Below are positions 1 to 15,304 of a stretch of DNA of 64,000 bases, piece after piece. Source of the stretch: the human T2T-CHM13v2.0 reference genome, Homo sapiens; NCBI RefSeq assembly GCF_009914755.1, contig NC_060942.1, one strand, 5' to 3'. Below the pieces are notes generated by a model, which searched no databases, had not been told where the DNA came from, and saw only the letters and a program-made list of their open reading frames with translations. Each line of letters starts with the position of its first letter. The stretch's first letter is position 1. A program made the translations under genes and the position numbers.

Positions 1-277
1 GACGATTTAGCAACAGTTAGCATATGTCTAACATGTACATCAGTCTATATACCTATTGACTTGCAGGGAAGTGTCAAGAAAGTAAGCTTTGTTGTGCAAA
101 TAGTGTGAGTTCTCATGGAGTTTACATAAGTCACCTTACAGATGAACAAATTACACTATATAATAAAGGCAGGCTCTATAATTTTGACCTTCTCTTCCTA
201 ACAGGAAAAAAAGTTCTATTTTATTTTGCATCTCTGGTATCTAGCACAATTCTCTAGCACACATTAAGTACTTAACC

Positions 278-654
278 AGAAGGAAGAAAGGAAGGAAAGA
301 AGGGAGGGAGGGAGAGAGGGAGGGAGGGAGGGAGAGAGGGAGGGAGGAAGGAGGGAGGGAGGAAGGAGGGAGGGAGGGAGGAAGGAGGGAGGGAGGAAAG
401 AAGGAGGGAGGGAGGAAAGGAGGAGGGAGGGACGGAGGGAGGGAGGAAAGGAGGAGGGAGGAAGGAGGGATGGAGGGAGGAAGGAGGGAGGGAGGAAAGG
501 AGGAGGGAGGGACGGAGGGAGGGAGGGAGGAAGGAGGGAGGAGGGAGGGAGGAGGGATGGAGGGAGGAAGAAGGGAGGGCAGAAGGAAGGAGGGAGGAAA
601 GGAAGGAGGGAGGGAAGGAGGGAGGAGGGAGGGAGGGAAGGAGGGAGGGAGAGG
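278..654. repeat. Polypurine (GGAG/GGAA)n low-complexity tract
   Basis: About 375 nt of almost only G/A on the + strand, built from GGGA/GGAA units. Confidence 0.95.
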
Positions 655-1789
655 CGCTTTCAAGTCTGTAAATGCTGTGCACATATAAGAGCATAATGTT
701 ATCATTATTGTTTTAATCAGTACCCAGGAAAGTGGCTGATCTCTTTATTAAAGGATTAGTTGTTCTTAGAGCATGTCCTCCTTATGCTCACATCTCTTGC
801 TTTCTTGGTAGGACTGTTCCCTTGTTAAGGCTTGACAATTCCTAAACCAAAACAAATCCATCTTCTTAAGTACAAAGAACAATTGTTGCTAACCAAGGCC
901 TGGTTGACAAGAGAATATATAGCTTCTCCATTTGACAAAAAAAAATGTAGTCTGTGTTTTCTTTCAAATTTCACACTAACTCAGACTTGCAGATTCCCCT
1001 AAAGAAAGGATGAATAGGCCAATAGGCCATCCAGATCAATGTCACAAAGCAAAAACTACTCAAACTAAACACCGCTGCTTTGTTTTCATACAGATTTATA
1101 TTGTTTTTTTATCCTCTCACAGTGCCCTTTTCTGAAGCTAGAAAGTATCTTTAAATTACATTTTAAAAACAAGACTGCTCTGTGAAAATCTGTCAAGATG
1201 TGTTTTTTTTTTACTAGTTATGATTGTCTAGTTTTATTAAAAATAACAAAACAGTAACATTGCTGACACGTACAAAGAAGTTCTATTCAATGACTTGCAA
1301 GTGAAGCATACAACCTGATAAAATGTGTATATGTGTGGGTGAAAGAGAGACAAAGAGACAAAGGGAGAGACAGAGGGAGACACAAGAAGGAGAGACAGAG
1401 GAAGAGGGCATGCGCATACTTGTGAATATGATGAATCTGTGACAATGTGTGATATATCCCACCTTGGACAGAGCACATCAGAAATATCAGATTTAATTCT
1501 AGTTATATTTTGAGAGGAATAGTGAAAACTGTGATATGTACAGAGAAGAGTGTGATAAATCTGACTGTTGCTATATGAGAACATTTGAGCAAAATAGGCT
1601 TATTAAAACTACATCCCAGAGAATCCACGAATAAAAGACACATGGCTATTTTCTTTAAATATTTGAAGTTCTCACCTATTGAAGATGCAGGAAGCACATT
1701 TTGCATGCCTCTTGATGACATAGCTAGGACCAATGCACTCAACATAAAAATCCAAATACCACGTGGGATATTCAGTTCCCAGCCACTTA

Positions 1790-2040
1790 GGGAAGAAATT
1801 CAAGAGTTTGGTTTAGGAAATGTAATATTGAGATACCATGTAGACATCCAAGTGGAGATATCAATGAGATATTTGATGCTCTGAAAAGAAGACAGAGCCT
1901 TTGGTATAATTCTGAAGGATATTTGAAATCTTAGGTTTACATGAAATCACCCGGAAAATAAATTTAATTAAGAAAAGAAGTCCATGGACTAAGCCCTGGG
2001 TTATTCTAACATGTCCAGAAGATAACCCAGAAAAAGTGAT
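1790..2040 (-). mobile_element. L2 LINE fragment
   Basis: caagagtttggtttaggaaatgt...gacatccaagtggagat resembles the reverse complement of the L2 consensus. Confidence 0.7.
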
Positions 2041-2047
2041 TAGAAGT

Positions 2048-2470
2048 GTCTTAATTTGGGTTCCCAAGCAGTAGACCCTGAGGCAAGGAATTGAGTACAA
2101 ATAGTTTATTTTGGAGGTAGTTCCTGGAAACCCTGGTAGGAGAGTCTGAACTAGAGACAGGAAAGGGAAAACAGCCAATCAAGGGTACAACCAGAGCTGA
2201 ATTTCACTGGGGAACTCTCCAAACCATTGCACAATGCATGCTTCGAAGTGATCCTTCCAAAAAGGAAGGAAACCAATTGCCATCAGTCTTTAGTTGGAAC
2301 CTGCTCCCAGGAGACACTACTTCTTTGGTACTTAGAGATTCTCATTTTTCTAGATAAAGTGTGCTTGAATGGCCAGAAGAAGCTCAAAGGTGCATAGCTG
2401 AAAATTGGCTTGAACACGCTGAACTGATGATGCCTGAAGAAGTATGGGCAGGGCAGTAGCCTTTTTCACA
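2048..2470 (-). mobile_element. LTR16-family (ERVL) solo LTR
   Basis: Begins tgtcttaatttgggttccc...gaccctgaggcaaggaattgagtacaaatagtttatttt, the typical LTR16 end. Confidence 0.65.
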
Positions 2471-3972
2471 AGGCGGAATGGTCAAAAAAGATGGGATAAA
2501 AGAACAGAAAAAATAACTTCCTGGAAGCCCAGTGAATTACAGGTTATTAATGCAAAATAGATGCCTGCCTTATGCTTGATATTAGGGATGTGCCCTCTAC
2601 TTGTCCTTTCAGCCAACGATATTCTGTTATATTAATAAGCAGAATTTAAAAAACAAAACAAAACAAAACAAACCACTGGTATCAAGTCCTGAAAGTAACA
2701 TTCTCCTTCCACTTTTAAAGCAAGTTTTGTGTGATAGGAGACAGGTGGCTTATAAAGATAAATTGAGCAATATGATAATTAAAGGAGTGGTGCCGAGTGC
2801 ATGAGCATTTATAACCTTGTGGCAAACAGAAAACCTCATTTTTGGAGGACATCATGGTGGATATAGTGTTTGTATAAAAGACAGTAGCTGAGCAATCATC
2901 AATAATGCTTATAATTAAGTACATTATACATTTTATAAAATCAAGGGAATATGCTTATTGGTTTCTCTATCCAGCTTAGATTTCATAAAAACTTAATGAC
3001 TTCCGAAATAAAACTCCCCAATTTGAAAGGTCCAAAGTCCCATAAATTATGTTCTCTTACTCATTTTACATATTTCTTTTAAAAATATTTTCTTCATTGT
3101 ATGAAAAATAATTGTTTCTTTTTTAATTCTTAAGTGTGTGCAAGAGAACCAGAGGAAAACATTTATCTGTAGGAAAATAAGTAAATGAGATTTGTTCTTT
3201 TGTTCACCTTATGTAAAAAGGTAACCTTTTGTGACTTTTCAATCAGGACACAGCAGATACCAAAGAAATTTGCTGCGCAATTTATGGCCTTTAGCATAAC
3301 TAGCAGCAAACATATCCTAAAGCACTCTTTCTTAGGCAAATCTTAAAAACATATTCAGCATCTGAGCACCACCATTCTGTGCGTAAAGGATACTACTTTG
3401 AAATAACTCTACTGAAACTTGAATTTGCACATTTATTTTGAAGATATTTATCAAGAAAAATAATCATAGCTGATGTTTTGTGGGCTGGACAGTGTTTCCT
3501 TGGTTGTTTGCCTTTAAGAACCATTTAAAGGACCAAGGGAAGAAGGAAAATTGAAAAGTAAATTAAATGTCACAAGTGAAGAGCTGTCACCTTAGATTTA
3601 ATAATGTCATCACGGAAAGTTAAATACCAGGTAATTATGAATATGAAGACGTACAAGAAATCTACTGAATAATTACAGAAACATAACCAGGATTCTCAGA
3701 GCTGAGAAGAAATTTGACTTCACCCAAAGAAGTTTCTTATTCATGAAAAAGTCTTGATTTACTGATTTTTAAAAATAATTTCAACTTTTATTTTAAATTC
3801 AAGGGGCACATGTGTACCTGCAGAGCTACCTAAAGGACTAGGACTATATACACAGCTTGCCCTTACCAGTCCAACAAATCTAGGTAATGAGAAGTTCCTG
3901 GAGTCATAAGGATGGGATTTGGCTCAATTTTACTCAAATGCAATCTATTTTATTTTTTTCCTATGCTTTTAG

Positions 3973-4281
3973 TACTTTACAGTGGATGTGGCCCACTGTC
4001 AATGGTGTATATGACTAGATACCTTGCAGACTGGTTCCCTCTGCAGGCAAACACGTTGTGATTATCTCACGTTGCACAGGGATAATAATTGTCACAGTGT
4101 TCGCAGGGATCATTCAAAAATGCACAGCACAGAGACTCATTATTCAACTTCACTCTTCCATACCTATTATGATATACATCATCGGAATGATGACTTTCAG
4201 GACGATATTTCAACAGCACATGTCTTTCTCTTGATGTATTGGGTTTCATACCATCGCTTTTAAAGCAACACAGAATTCCTG
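3973..4281. other. Exon-like unique segment, strand unresolved (+ 3973-4281 or - 4278-4023)
   Basis: + strand: acceptor ttttatttttttcctatgcttttag and donor CTG|GTAAGT. - strand: acceptor ttgcacttaccag and donor AAG|GTATCT. Every frame contains at least one stop. Confidence 0.3.
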
Positions 4282-4894
4282 GTAAGTGCAAACTCATAAA
4301 TAATATTACAATTAAAAATAAAAGATTACTTAGAAGGTAGCAGCATATTTAGGTGTGACTTTCAAATGATAGATGTGGGGCATTTTTCAAATCTCAGAAA
4401 GATCTATTATGTGGACTGTGAGGGAACTGGGGAGATGATGGTTTTTCATACTTTCTATACTTTTTTAATCCTTTCATAGATAAATACACAGAGACAAACT
4501 TACACTCAGATTTTAGGAGCATTAAGAACATACATGGATATTTATATTTTGATATGATAAATACGTTTCTCAGGTTGTTAACCTTCCCAAAGTGTCTTTG
4601 TTTTTATTGTCAGTTCCCACTCCTCTATCTTCCTCATTTTTCTCCTAATTAGTCATCTGGACAAGAATAAATGGAAGTGTAAGGAATAGGGCAGGAGGAA
4701 GTGCAGAACAGCAGTTCTCTCTCAAGTCAATTCTAATGACCACTATTCCAAACTCTACTGAAGATGCCAAGCTAATACAGGATGACAATTCAAAAACTAC
4801 AGGTACTTCATACAAATGTTCCAGGGACTAACAGACCAGGGACCACCTAACTCACAGAAACCAACGTGGTCCCAAGCAGTAACTAGTTCTTTTT

Positions 4895-5990
4895 TTCTAA
4901 TTATTTAATAGATATGTTTTACAATATGTTTATTACAAAGATAGTCCATTTATGTAATTTTTAAAAAGCACAACGTTTAAAAGAGTAGACAGTAAAAACT
5001 GAAGCTTCATCTCATCTTAAATCTCCAATTCCACTCCTCAGATGCAGCTATATTTAACACTTTCCTGTGTATTTGCTAGATTGGTACTGCCTAAAGTGAA
5101 ATGTCATCCAAGCCATATATGTAATTTAAAGTGTTTTAGTAGCAGTATTTTAAAATTGAAAGAAACAGGTGAAATTTCCATTACTTTATTTAACCCAGTA
5201 TATTCAAAATGTCATCATTTCAACTTGTAATCAAAATAATAACTTATTAATAAGGTATTTTACTTTCCTTTAATACTAAGCCTTGCAAATCCAGTGGGTT
5301 CTTTGTTCTATAGCATACCTCAGTTCAGATTAGCCACATTTCAAGGACTTAATAGTCACATGTAGTTATTGGCTACTATATTACATAATACAGTTCTAGA
5401 TATAATGTGCTTGATTTTTTACACGTATGGGAATAAACTTTACACATTGTTCTGTGCTCTGCTTTAACAAGGTATTATAAAAATTTCAATATTAGCAAAT
5501 GAAGATATGACTCATTGTTTCTTAACAACTGCATTTTGTATACTGTCTTTTGCTATGATTATTCCTTAAAATACATTATTTGTCACATGTGTGAGAGTAC
5601 AGATTTATGTGAATTTCTTGGCCTAAGAGTACATGCATTTTAAATTTTTATATTTGATACTAAATTGCCTTCCAAAGTGGTTGGAAAGATTTATGTTCTA
5701 CCCTGTATTTTCAAACTTTTAAATCCCAGCCAATTGGATAATGTAAAATATGATATTTTGTATCTCCCTGATGTCTAATTATTTTTAATTGATTTATAAG
5801 TACTTTCTTTAATATTAACAAAATTTGCCTTTTCTCTGTCAAATGTGTTATAACATTTCCTCTAGTTTGTGGTAGGGCTTTTGACATTGTGTACAGTATT
5901 ATTTTGTTGAACAGGAGGTTTAAATTTTTATTTAGTCACATTTATCAACCTTTCCTCTATCGTTTCTGTATTTCTTACCCACTCTATGGA
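4895..5990 (-). mobile_element. Old L1ME-type 3' fragments, interrupted by MER33
   Basis: Degenerate L1 3'/ORF2 motifs such as aaattgccttccaaagtggttg and gaggtttaaatttttatttagtcacatttatcaa. Confidence 0.5.
5083..5393 (+). mobile_element. MER33 (hAT-Charlie)
   Basis: agccatatatgtaattt...agaaacaggtgaaatt...ttagccacatttcaag...ggctactatatt follows the MER33 consensus. Confidence 0.85.
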
Positions 5991-6034
5991 AAAAATAACT
6001 GTTTTCTTATACCACTGTTTTTGTTCTACTTTTA

Positions 6035-6092
6035 TTATTATCTTTGGGATATTTAATTATTATCTTTTGAATACTTAGTTATTATCTTTGGA
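6035..6092. repeat. Short tandem repeat, ~22-nt unit, ~2.6 copies
   Basis: ttattatcttt recurs three times at 22-nt spacing. Confidence 0.8.
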
Positions 6093-6374
6093 CTTCAGAG
6101 CCAGATAATTAAATTAACCATAATTTTTCCTTCATGATATACTTTCACTCCCATGTATGGATGACTTATATTTAGGTATTTAGTTTCAGTAATGTCGAAA
6201 TCATCAAAACCCAAAAGTTAAAACATTCACAACAAATAACAATTTACCATATGATTCCTCGTATCCTATGCTCCTTACTCCCCAACACCATCAGAAATAA
6301 TTATTATCCTGAATTCTGGGTTCATCACCTCTTTGCCTAAAATTTCCTTTAAAAATTATTTGTTGTAATATTTG

Positions 6375-6650
6375 CTGCATTTATTTTGACTAACAAGTAA
6401 AAATTGCATATATCTATGCTGTACATCATGCTGCTTTGTTATAGGTATACAGTGTAGAATGATTAAATTAGTAATGAACATATCCCTCACCCCATCTACT
6501 TATCTTTTGTATATATGTGAAGATACTAAAACTTATTCTCTTAGCAATTTTCAAGTATACAGCATATGATTACAAACAGTAGTCATCATTATATACAGTA
6601 GAGCTTTGGAATTTATTCCTCTTGCCTAACTGAAATTTTGTATCCTTTCT
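6375..6650 (-). mobile_element. L1MA 3' UTR fragment
   Basis: tctcttagcaattttcaagtatac...atttattcctcttgcctaactgaaattttgtatcctt is typical of L1MA 3' ends. Confidence 0.8.
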
Positions 6651-6669
6651 GTTCTGTGGGCTTGACAGT

Positions 6670-7283
<614 letters not shown>

Positions 7284-9584
7284 CTCTGCAGGATTCTTGG
7301 CATAGATGGAGCTACGCAGTTAGTGTAAACCAAGAAGAAACAGAATTATGGAGATATAATTGCTGATGTGGTCTACACAACCAGGCAAAAGCTAAAGGGT
7401 AAAACTGGCTGCTAGTGCTACTTTTAGTGTGATCCACAGGATGACATGAGCCTACAGACTGCCACTGGTCCCTTAAAAGCAACTCAATTGAAGGTACATC
7501 TTCAGAAACTTTTATAAAATTTGACAGTAATTCTACATCTGTTGCATCTAATATCTTTTTTTAAGGTGGGTTTGTATTTTGCATATCCTTGTGTCCTTTT
7601 CCTTCATTTCTATTAATTTACTTTTATATTTTATAAAATTATCAGTTTGCAATATTGGAAATAAGATCTTTACCACAGACTGAAAAGCATTGGGATATAC
7701 AATTTTGGTGACGCAAACGTTTAGTTTTGATATTCATGGGAACAGATTTGTGAATTTCAAATATACTTAGTGAAAGCCAGTATTTAATGGAGAAAAAAAT
7801 GTATTCAAATTTCATACACCTACCTCAAGGGTTGATCTATCTAAATATCTTTAAATGCATAGACATGTTAATTATAAAGGAAACTAACCTCTTATCTCTA
7901 TAGAAATGTTTCATTTTCTGCAAAATATAGAAATTAGAAAAATGTATATCTGGCCAGCTTGAAAATTACATAATTTGGAAAAATTCAAGTTTATTTGAGG
8001 AGCTTGGTAGAAGTCTTCATGACAACCTGGCCTCTCACTACCCTGAATCTGTGTAAATTGGCCATATGACATATTTCAACCTGGAAATGCGAGGGCAAAA
8101 ACAATAGTAAATCCTATTTCATAATAATCAGAAGAAAAGACATGGAAGTTAAGTGCAACCCAGTCTGGCAGTTCATTAGCAAATAACTGCCACTATGCCA
8201 AAGTACGAAAACAAAACAAAATTAATCCTGCTTAGAAGAGCTGAAGATTTCTTTGCTTTCCTCCAAAACAAGGAACTCAAAACATGTCAACAGTAATCCC
8301 TGTCTAAATGCATCAGAAAGCCAGGCAATTCCCACTGTACCCACTCCGACACCAGGGCATTCAGAAATACTTCCCAACTATCACAGGAGCTCTTCAATCT
8401 TTGATTTTGTAAGATGTTCCCACATATAAGAGACCAAGAAAAAGACACATCCACAACAAAACAACTGGGACATTTTTAACAGAAAGGTATGTTTGTCTCA
8501 TATCTAACACTCTGATTTAGCAATTCACGTAGCTTCCTTTCTCCAAGTTCCACAAAAGAGGCCACAAATGGCCCCTTGATAAAGTCTCCTTTCTCAGATG
8601 TTTTAAAGGCACTTTATGCTGGATATCATAACAGATAATCTGACTTTCCTCCATTCCATTGACTTATTTAATTTGCTCAGAGATGTAAGACAATTCAGGG
8701 ACTTGAGAGAGCTGGGGAAAATGGGGGAGAGTGTTAAAACGAAAAATGAAAGCAGTGTATTCTAGATGTCAGTTCTTGGCAGCAGACACACTACCTTGCT
8801 CATAGCACTTAGAACAACGCTTGGCAATTAGAAAATGCTCCATAAATATTTTGACTGACTCCAGGTGGAGAAATGTTAATTAAGCATTAATCATCTACCA
8901 TAAGCCCACACTGACTGAGCATTTTATTCTTCAACATAATCCTGTAATATTGGTATGATAAACAGATTCAAAAGTAAGAAAAGTTAGATAAGAAATTCAG
9001 TCAAAACCTTCCCCTCCACATGCATATACTCTCCTACCCATAGCAAACAGCTCAGATGCACCTGCTATGCCGCCTACTATTTACTAAGTGTTCCCCCATG
9101 AGTTCCCTTCTTGCTCTGACTCTGGGTGAGTGTTAAGCTGCTCTGAAAATTAAGATAAGTCTCTTAAGTTGCATGGCATGGTTTCTCTGTGACTTTAGCT
9201 TTGCCTCTATAAAAGTAATGTCATAAGTTAAAGCATGAAACACTCACTTCACATGCATTTGAGGTGCTTTCTGATCAACAGCTTCCCAAGGAGATCATTT
9301 ACCTGATTTGTTTTCCTACAGCCACCTTGCTGGGCAGAAAAGGCCTGGACTTTGTCTTTCACATTTAGAAAAGAAAAGCTGAGTGTTTATCCCTTAAAAA
9401 TATGAGGAAACTATCTGCGTGGGACTGACTTTATGCATATGGAGATTAGGCTGCCATCAGCAAAAAGGATCCTTCCTTCTACAATGTAATGTTTCTACTC
9501 TTAGCTGAAATCTAAGTTCTTGACAAAGATGGCAAAAAGGTATTTTCTACTCAAAGTTTTCTTCTGCAATTACAAGAAGGCAGC

Positions 9585-10215
9585 GTGCTCAAAGGCTATA
9601 AGCCTTGCAGTCAGGCAGACTTAAGTTATATCACAACTTTGCAATTTAATTACTGTGTGACTTAAAGCAAAAATTTCAAAAGTTTAATCAGGAAAACCAA
9701 AATCAGTTCTAAGCCTTTCAAGTAGGAAGGAATTGGGTTGCAAAATTCCTGAATGAGCTAGAGTAGTAGAAAAGAGAAGACAAAGGAAGGTGGTGCTATC
9801 TAGAACTCAGGAAGAGTCAGAAGCCTGCCATCATTGCCCAGTCCCACACTCTGTGCCACCACAAGCAGCTGCTGAAACCCCCCAGTCCAAGCTTCCACCA
9901 AGGGGCCCCCTCCACTTCTCCACTGCTTCAGGTACCCACACTTCCTGCTTCCATCACTATCACTTTTGTAGCACTCTGCACCATTCCAAAGCCAAAAGAG
10001 TAACTTCTACCTTCTTTTTGCCTACCAGTCTAATCCCAATTAAGAGCCTCATATTGAAGGAAACTAAACAAAACCTCTGCTGGAAAATGTAGTTTCTAGG
10101 CTTCCAGCCTCTGCCATACAGGGAAAAGCAACACAAATAGCCATTACAACAAGTTGTATAATCTATCTGAGCCCCAGCTTTCTCCTCTATAAAATAAAAA
10201 TAATGCCCTTATCCA
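9585..10215 (+). mobile_element. MIR split by an ancient LTR-like insert (~9685-10155)
   Basis: MIR core gcagtcaggcagactt...tactgtgtgactt resumes at tctgagccccagctttctcctctataaaat. The insert ends ggaaaatgtagtttctaggcttccagcctctgc. Confidence 0.55.
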
Positions 10216-10456
10216 ATATGCATTTCTGTAAGTGCCTACTCTATGTGGGTTACTATTTGCTACATATTGATCTAGGAACTGGATATAAAGTTGGTTTTAA
10301 CTACAATGTTTTCTTGTATATGCTTATGTGAAATATTCAAACAGATAATTATAACAACAGTTTAATGCCCAATCCATACACAAAAATATTTTTAATATCA
10401 CACCAAAGGTGGGGGGTCTATCTAACTTACTCGAGGAGGAATGGAAGAGGTTCCTA

Positions 10457-10880
<424 letters not shown>

Positions 10881-11001
10881 AGCATCAAGTGTAGAAAATA
10901 ATATAGGCAGCTTTAAGTTGCTTAAGAATAAAATTCAAAGAAGGAAATGAGAAGAGACAGATAGGCCAAGCCTGGATCAGCAAACGCCTTTGTGTTCTGT
11001 T

Positions 11002-11027
11002 AAAAAAAAAAAAAAAAAAAAAAAAAA
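11002..11027 (+). repeat. Isolated A26 homopolymer
   Basis: 26 consecutive A inside L2 sequence with no Alu or L1 body attached. Confidence 0.95.
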
Positions 11028-11789
11028 GTTCAGATATCAACTTGTAGGAAAAGGGGTGATATTTAGCAACCTGATGCCCAGGTGTGGTGTGGTCAAATTT
11101 GTGCTGTCTAGTGGCTATGAGAAGATGGATTTGAACAGAGAAAACAGAAGCAGAGAAGCCAGTTTGGAAACATTCAATAGTTCTGTAATGATTTAATGAA
11201 AAGCTGAATAAGACCAATGCCAAAAAAGAGAGAGTCCACCAGACACACACTATTATAGGCGTGAAAACAATGCTGGAAGTTTAACATGGTGGAGCACCTT
11301 GGATTTACCAACCTCGTTTTCGGAGTAGAAGTATATGCATTTAGAAAGAATTATTTAATAAAACAACTGGAGTAAAAAGGAAGACTGCTCACATCTCAAG
11401 GGGTCATACTTACTATATAAGCGGAGGTTCAGTCAGGAGCAGGGCTTTCATTTTACTAGATGGGAACACAAATTTAGGGTAGAGCTAAATTACTCTAGAC
11501 AACAGAGGAGAGACTAATCCTACAGCTACCGGGAGTCCCTGTCTCCGTGGGTTTTTGTTTGTTTTACACAATGATCATCCTATTAATTAGATAATATTGG
11601 TCTGAAGTCGCCCAAATTATTAGCCTGCCCTGATTACCCACATATTGAAGTCAATCATTGTCTAAATTATTGACAGCAGGAATACAGGCAAAGAGAAAGA
11701 TTCTAGAAATAGAATTAAAATTGTCAGGATGTGATGGTTGGTCATGTGAAAAATGCCCAAAATGAGAAATCAGGAATGTATATTAAACA

Positions 11790-11923
11790 GCATAACTAAT
11801 GGACACTAGCCTGAATAACTAACTGGGTGACAAAATAATCTGCAATCAAACCCCTGTGACACAAGTCTACCTATATAACAAACCTGCACATGCAACCCTG
11901 AACTTAAATAAAAGTGAAAAAAA
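11790..11923 (+). mobile_element. L1PA13-16-type 3' end fragment
   Basis: ctgggtgacaaaataatctg...aaacctgcacatg...cctgaacttaaataaaagt followed by a short A tail. Confidence 0.85.
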
Positions 11924-12012
11924 GAGCATAGTCACAGTCTCTTACATGAAATCCATATATTCAGAAGTGTTTCAGGATATGGAAAGTTTCTGGTTTAATA
12001 CAAATAATATGA

Positions 12013-12068
12013 TATATATATACATATACATATATTTACATACACAAACACACACACACACACATATA
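12013..12068. repeat. (TA)n/(CA)n microsatellite
   Basis: Directly visible. Confidence 0.9.
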
Positions 12069-12809
12069 TTTCACAGCACAGGCAGGAGGACCTACACCAG
12101 TGCCACAGTCAAACATATTAACATTTCTTCAATGAAGTATGAGTATTAGTATCAAGTGATATCAATTAAGAGGTAACTTCATTTCAGTCCAGTCCAGTTC
12201 TGCCTCAAAGGAATTGAAGCCAGGTCAGATTTCATTGCCAAATGGTTGGTGAGAACTTCTTACTTTTCAGAGTTCTTTTAACTTCAGAATTGTGGAATTC
12301 ATATTTTTCTGGGGTAGAGATGAGAGTGCTGGGTGATTTAGGCAGGGTCACCCTCTGATTGTTCCTCTCCAATGGTCTCTGAAAGTAGGAAACTTCTTGA
12401 CTACCATGAACTGAAGCAGGAATATGGATACCCAGCCACATCCTCTGCCTGTCATGGGTCCCAACAAGTCACCTGACCTCAGCATAATTACTTATTAGAG
12501 TTTATGAATTTTTGATGATCTTAGTGTGTCACCTAGAAGTCAGGGAATAAAGTCCATGAGAGATTATCACCATGAGATCGTAAAAAATTTGTCAATATAT
12601 GCCAGGTTGAGTAGCAAACTTAGCATAATGCATACTGCATGCTGGGTACCTTGAATCAGAAACAGCAGCAGCTCCAGGTAGAATGAGACTCTGCCTATCT
12701 CCTGAGCCAGACACTGTCTCTTCCCATGAACAGACATCATTAACTCTGACAACAATTTTTTTTTAAAAGCTCAATGAGGTGGTCATCCAGAGTTTAGAGT
12801 AGAAAAAAG

Positions 12810-13386
<577 letters not shown>

Positions 13387-15024
13387 CTAGAGGGAAGGGA
13401 GAAAACCAGAATGAATAATGTCCCTGCTTGAAGCAGCTGGGGGTGAGGGGTATGATTATGCTTAGAGGATTACTATACATTTTACATCTTTGTACTCACT
13501 AGCAAGAGTCATGTGAAACACACTGTTTATACAAAACTTGCCGGTTTATAGCTATCTAAGTGGATAGTGGTGCTACCAACCAAAATCTTTTTTCTTAAGT
13601 GGGGTTTCAGAAGAAGATGGTTAGTTCATTTGGGGTCATACTGAATTGGGATGCTTATATATTATACAGGTAGAGATGTCTCATTAGCTATTAGATATAC
13701 ACATCTCAAGTTAGAAGGAAATATCTGTGCTGGAGATAGTGATTTAAGGTGTTGGTAGCAGATAAAAAGAATGTTGAAATTACTTGTAGAGAATAAGCTG
13801 CTGAGAATATTGTACATTGATGATAGGATCCTGAAGAATACCACCATCTAAAGAATAAGCAGTGAGAGAAAAACCAACAGAAAAGACAGAAACAAAGATG
13901 AATGGAAGAACCTCTTATTACCAAGTCAGGAGATAATAAAGATTAATAAGGAGGTAATAATTGTCTAAGTGAGAGAAGAAAATATATCCATTATATTTGG
14001 AAACAAGAAGGATATAGATGATATAAAGGGAAATTTTTCAATACAGTGGTGGAATTGGAAACTAGATCATAGCACATAGAGGAAGAGTAGGTGGACAGAT
14101 TATGTATAGAATACTCTCTCCAGGAATTTTTAAGAGATCAGACGTCGTTTGTTAGCCGACTGCTTGGTAATTAGTGGGGATTACTGTAACACAATCATCC
14201 AAATCAGAGTGGTATAAAGCTTGATATCAGGTCCTTTCCTGAAACCATACCTGTGTAGATGAGAGGAGAAGATAGTCATTGATTCCCTGTTCGTCTCTCA
14301 CGACCTCTATTTGGCCACATCCAACCCTCTAGCAGACTGGAATGGCAGAGGGAGCACCTTGAACAGCAGCCTCGATGCTGCTGAGATGCTAGACCTGGGA
14401 ACCAGAATGTGGGAACAAAATGTTCCACAGTAGTGGGTTGCTTCAGAAATTTATATTTGATTTCCTACTCCACAAGAAAATGCATTTAATATTTTATAAT
14501 GTTTATTAATGAAACTAATGTATTTGTTGCTAAAACACTTAACTTGCAACCAGCCCAATGTATCACCTTCATAGCATTTTCTTATATGATAGATTTCAAA
14601 GCCATCCCAACTTTACTATCATGCATAAAGTCTAAAATTCTTGACAGTTATCCAATTTTTGATCTCTTTCTCTCTGACATTTCAGAGATCCCTCTCATTT
14701 TCTCCTGAGGGCAGAATACCTTGCAAAAGTGCCAGATCATTTTCTTAACTCTCACTCTATCCTCTTTAACCTTCCCTACTTCCTCCACCTTCCTAATCAA
14801 GAATAGATGGGAGCACAGAAACTCAAACTCACCAAAGTTGTCAGAGATTATGGTCTTTGGGTTGGCAAAATACCTTCCAAAACACGTGGTTATCACCTTT
14901 CTCAGAGCACCCAGCTATTCACCTTGAAGCAGATGACTAGGCAGGTACAGGGAGGCCATGACTTATTGATAGAGAAATCAAGTTTCCAGTTTTCATACAT
15001 TCCATCTTTTCACAATTGCTTTTC

Positions 15025-15304
15025 CTTTGGGAGGCCAAGGTGAGCGGACCACCTGAGGTAAGGAGTTTGAGACTAGCCTGACCAATATGGTGAAACCTCA
15101 TCTCTACTAAAACTACAAAATTAGCCGGGTGTGATGGCAGGCGCCTGTAGTCCCAGCCACTCGGAGGCTGAGACAGGAGAATTGGTTGAACTCGGGAGGT
15201 GGAGGTTGCAGTGAGCCGAGATCGTGCCCACCGCACTCCAGCCTGAGTGACAGAGCGAGACTCCATCTCAAAAAAATAAAAATAAAAAAATTAAAAAAAA
15301 AAAA
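15025..15304 (+). mobile_element. AluS, 5'-truncated
   Basis: Starts at ctttgggaggcc; the rest of the dimer and the A tail are present. Confidence 0.95.

Noticed and set aside
241-705. Pro/Ser/Leu-rich and Gly/Glu/Arg-rich ORFs
   Set aside because: Translations of a stop-free polypurine repeat.
140-3420. Further minus-strand acceptor-like sites near 198, 3147 and 3412
   Set aside because: No consistent frame with neighbouring candidates; such signals are frequent in AT-rich DNA.
11407-11414. ATACTTAC, the U1 snRNA 5' end
   Set aside because: The match stops after 8 nt; there is no snRNA body.
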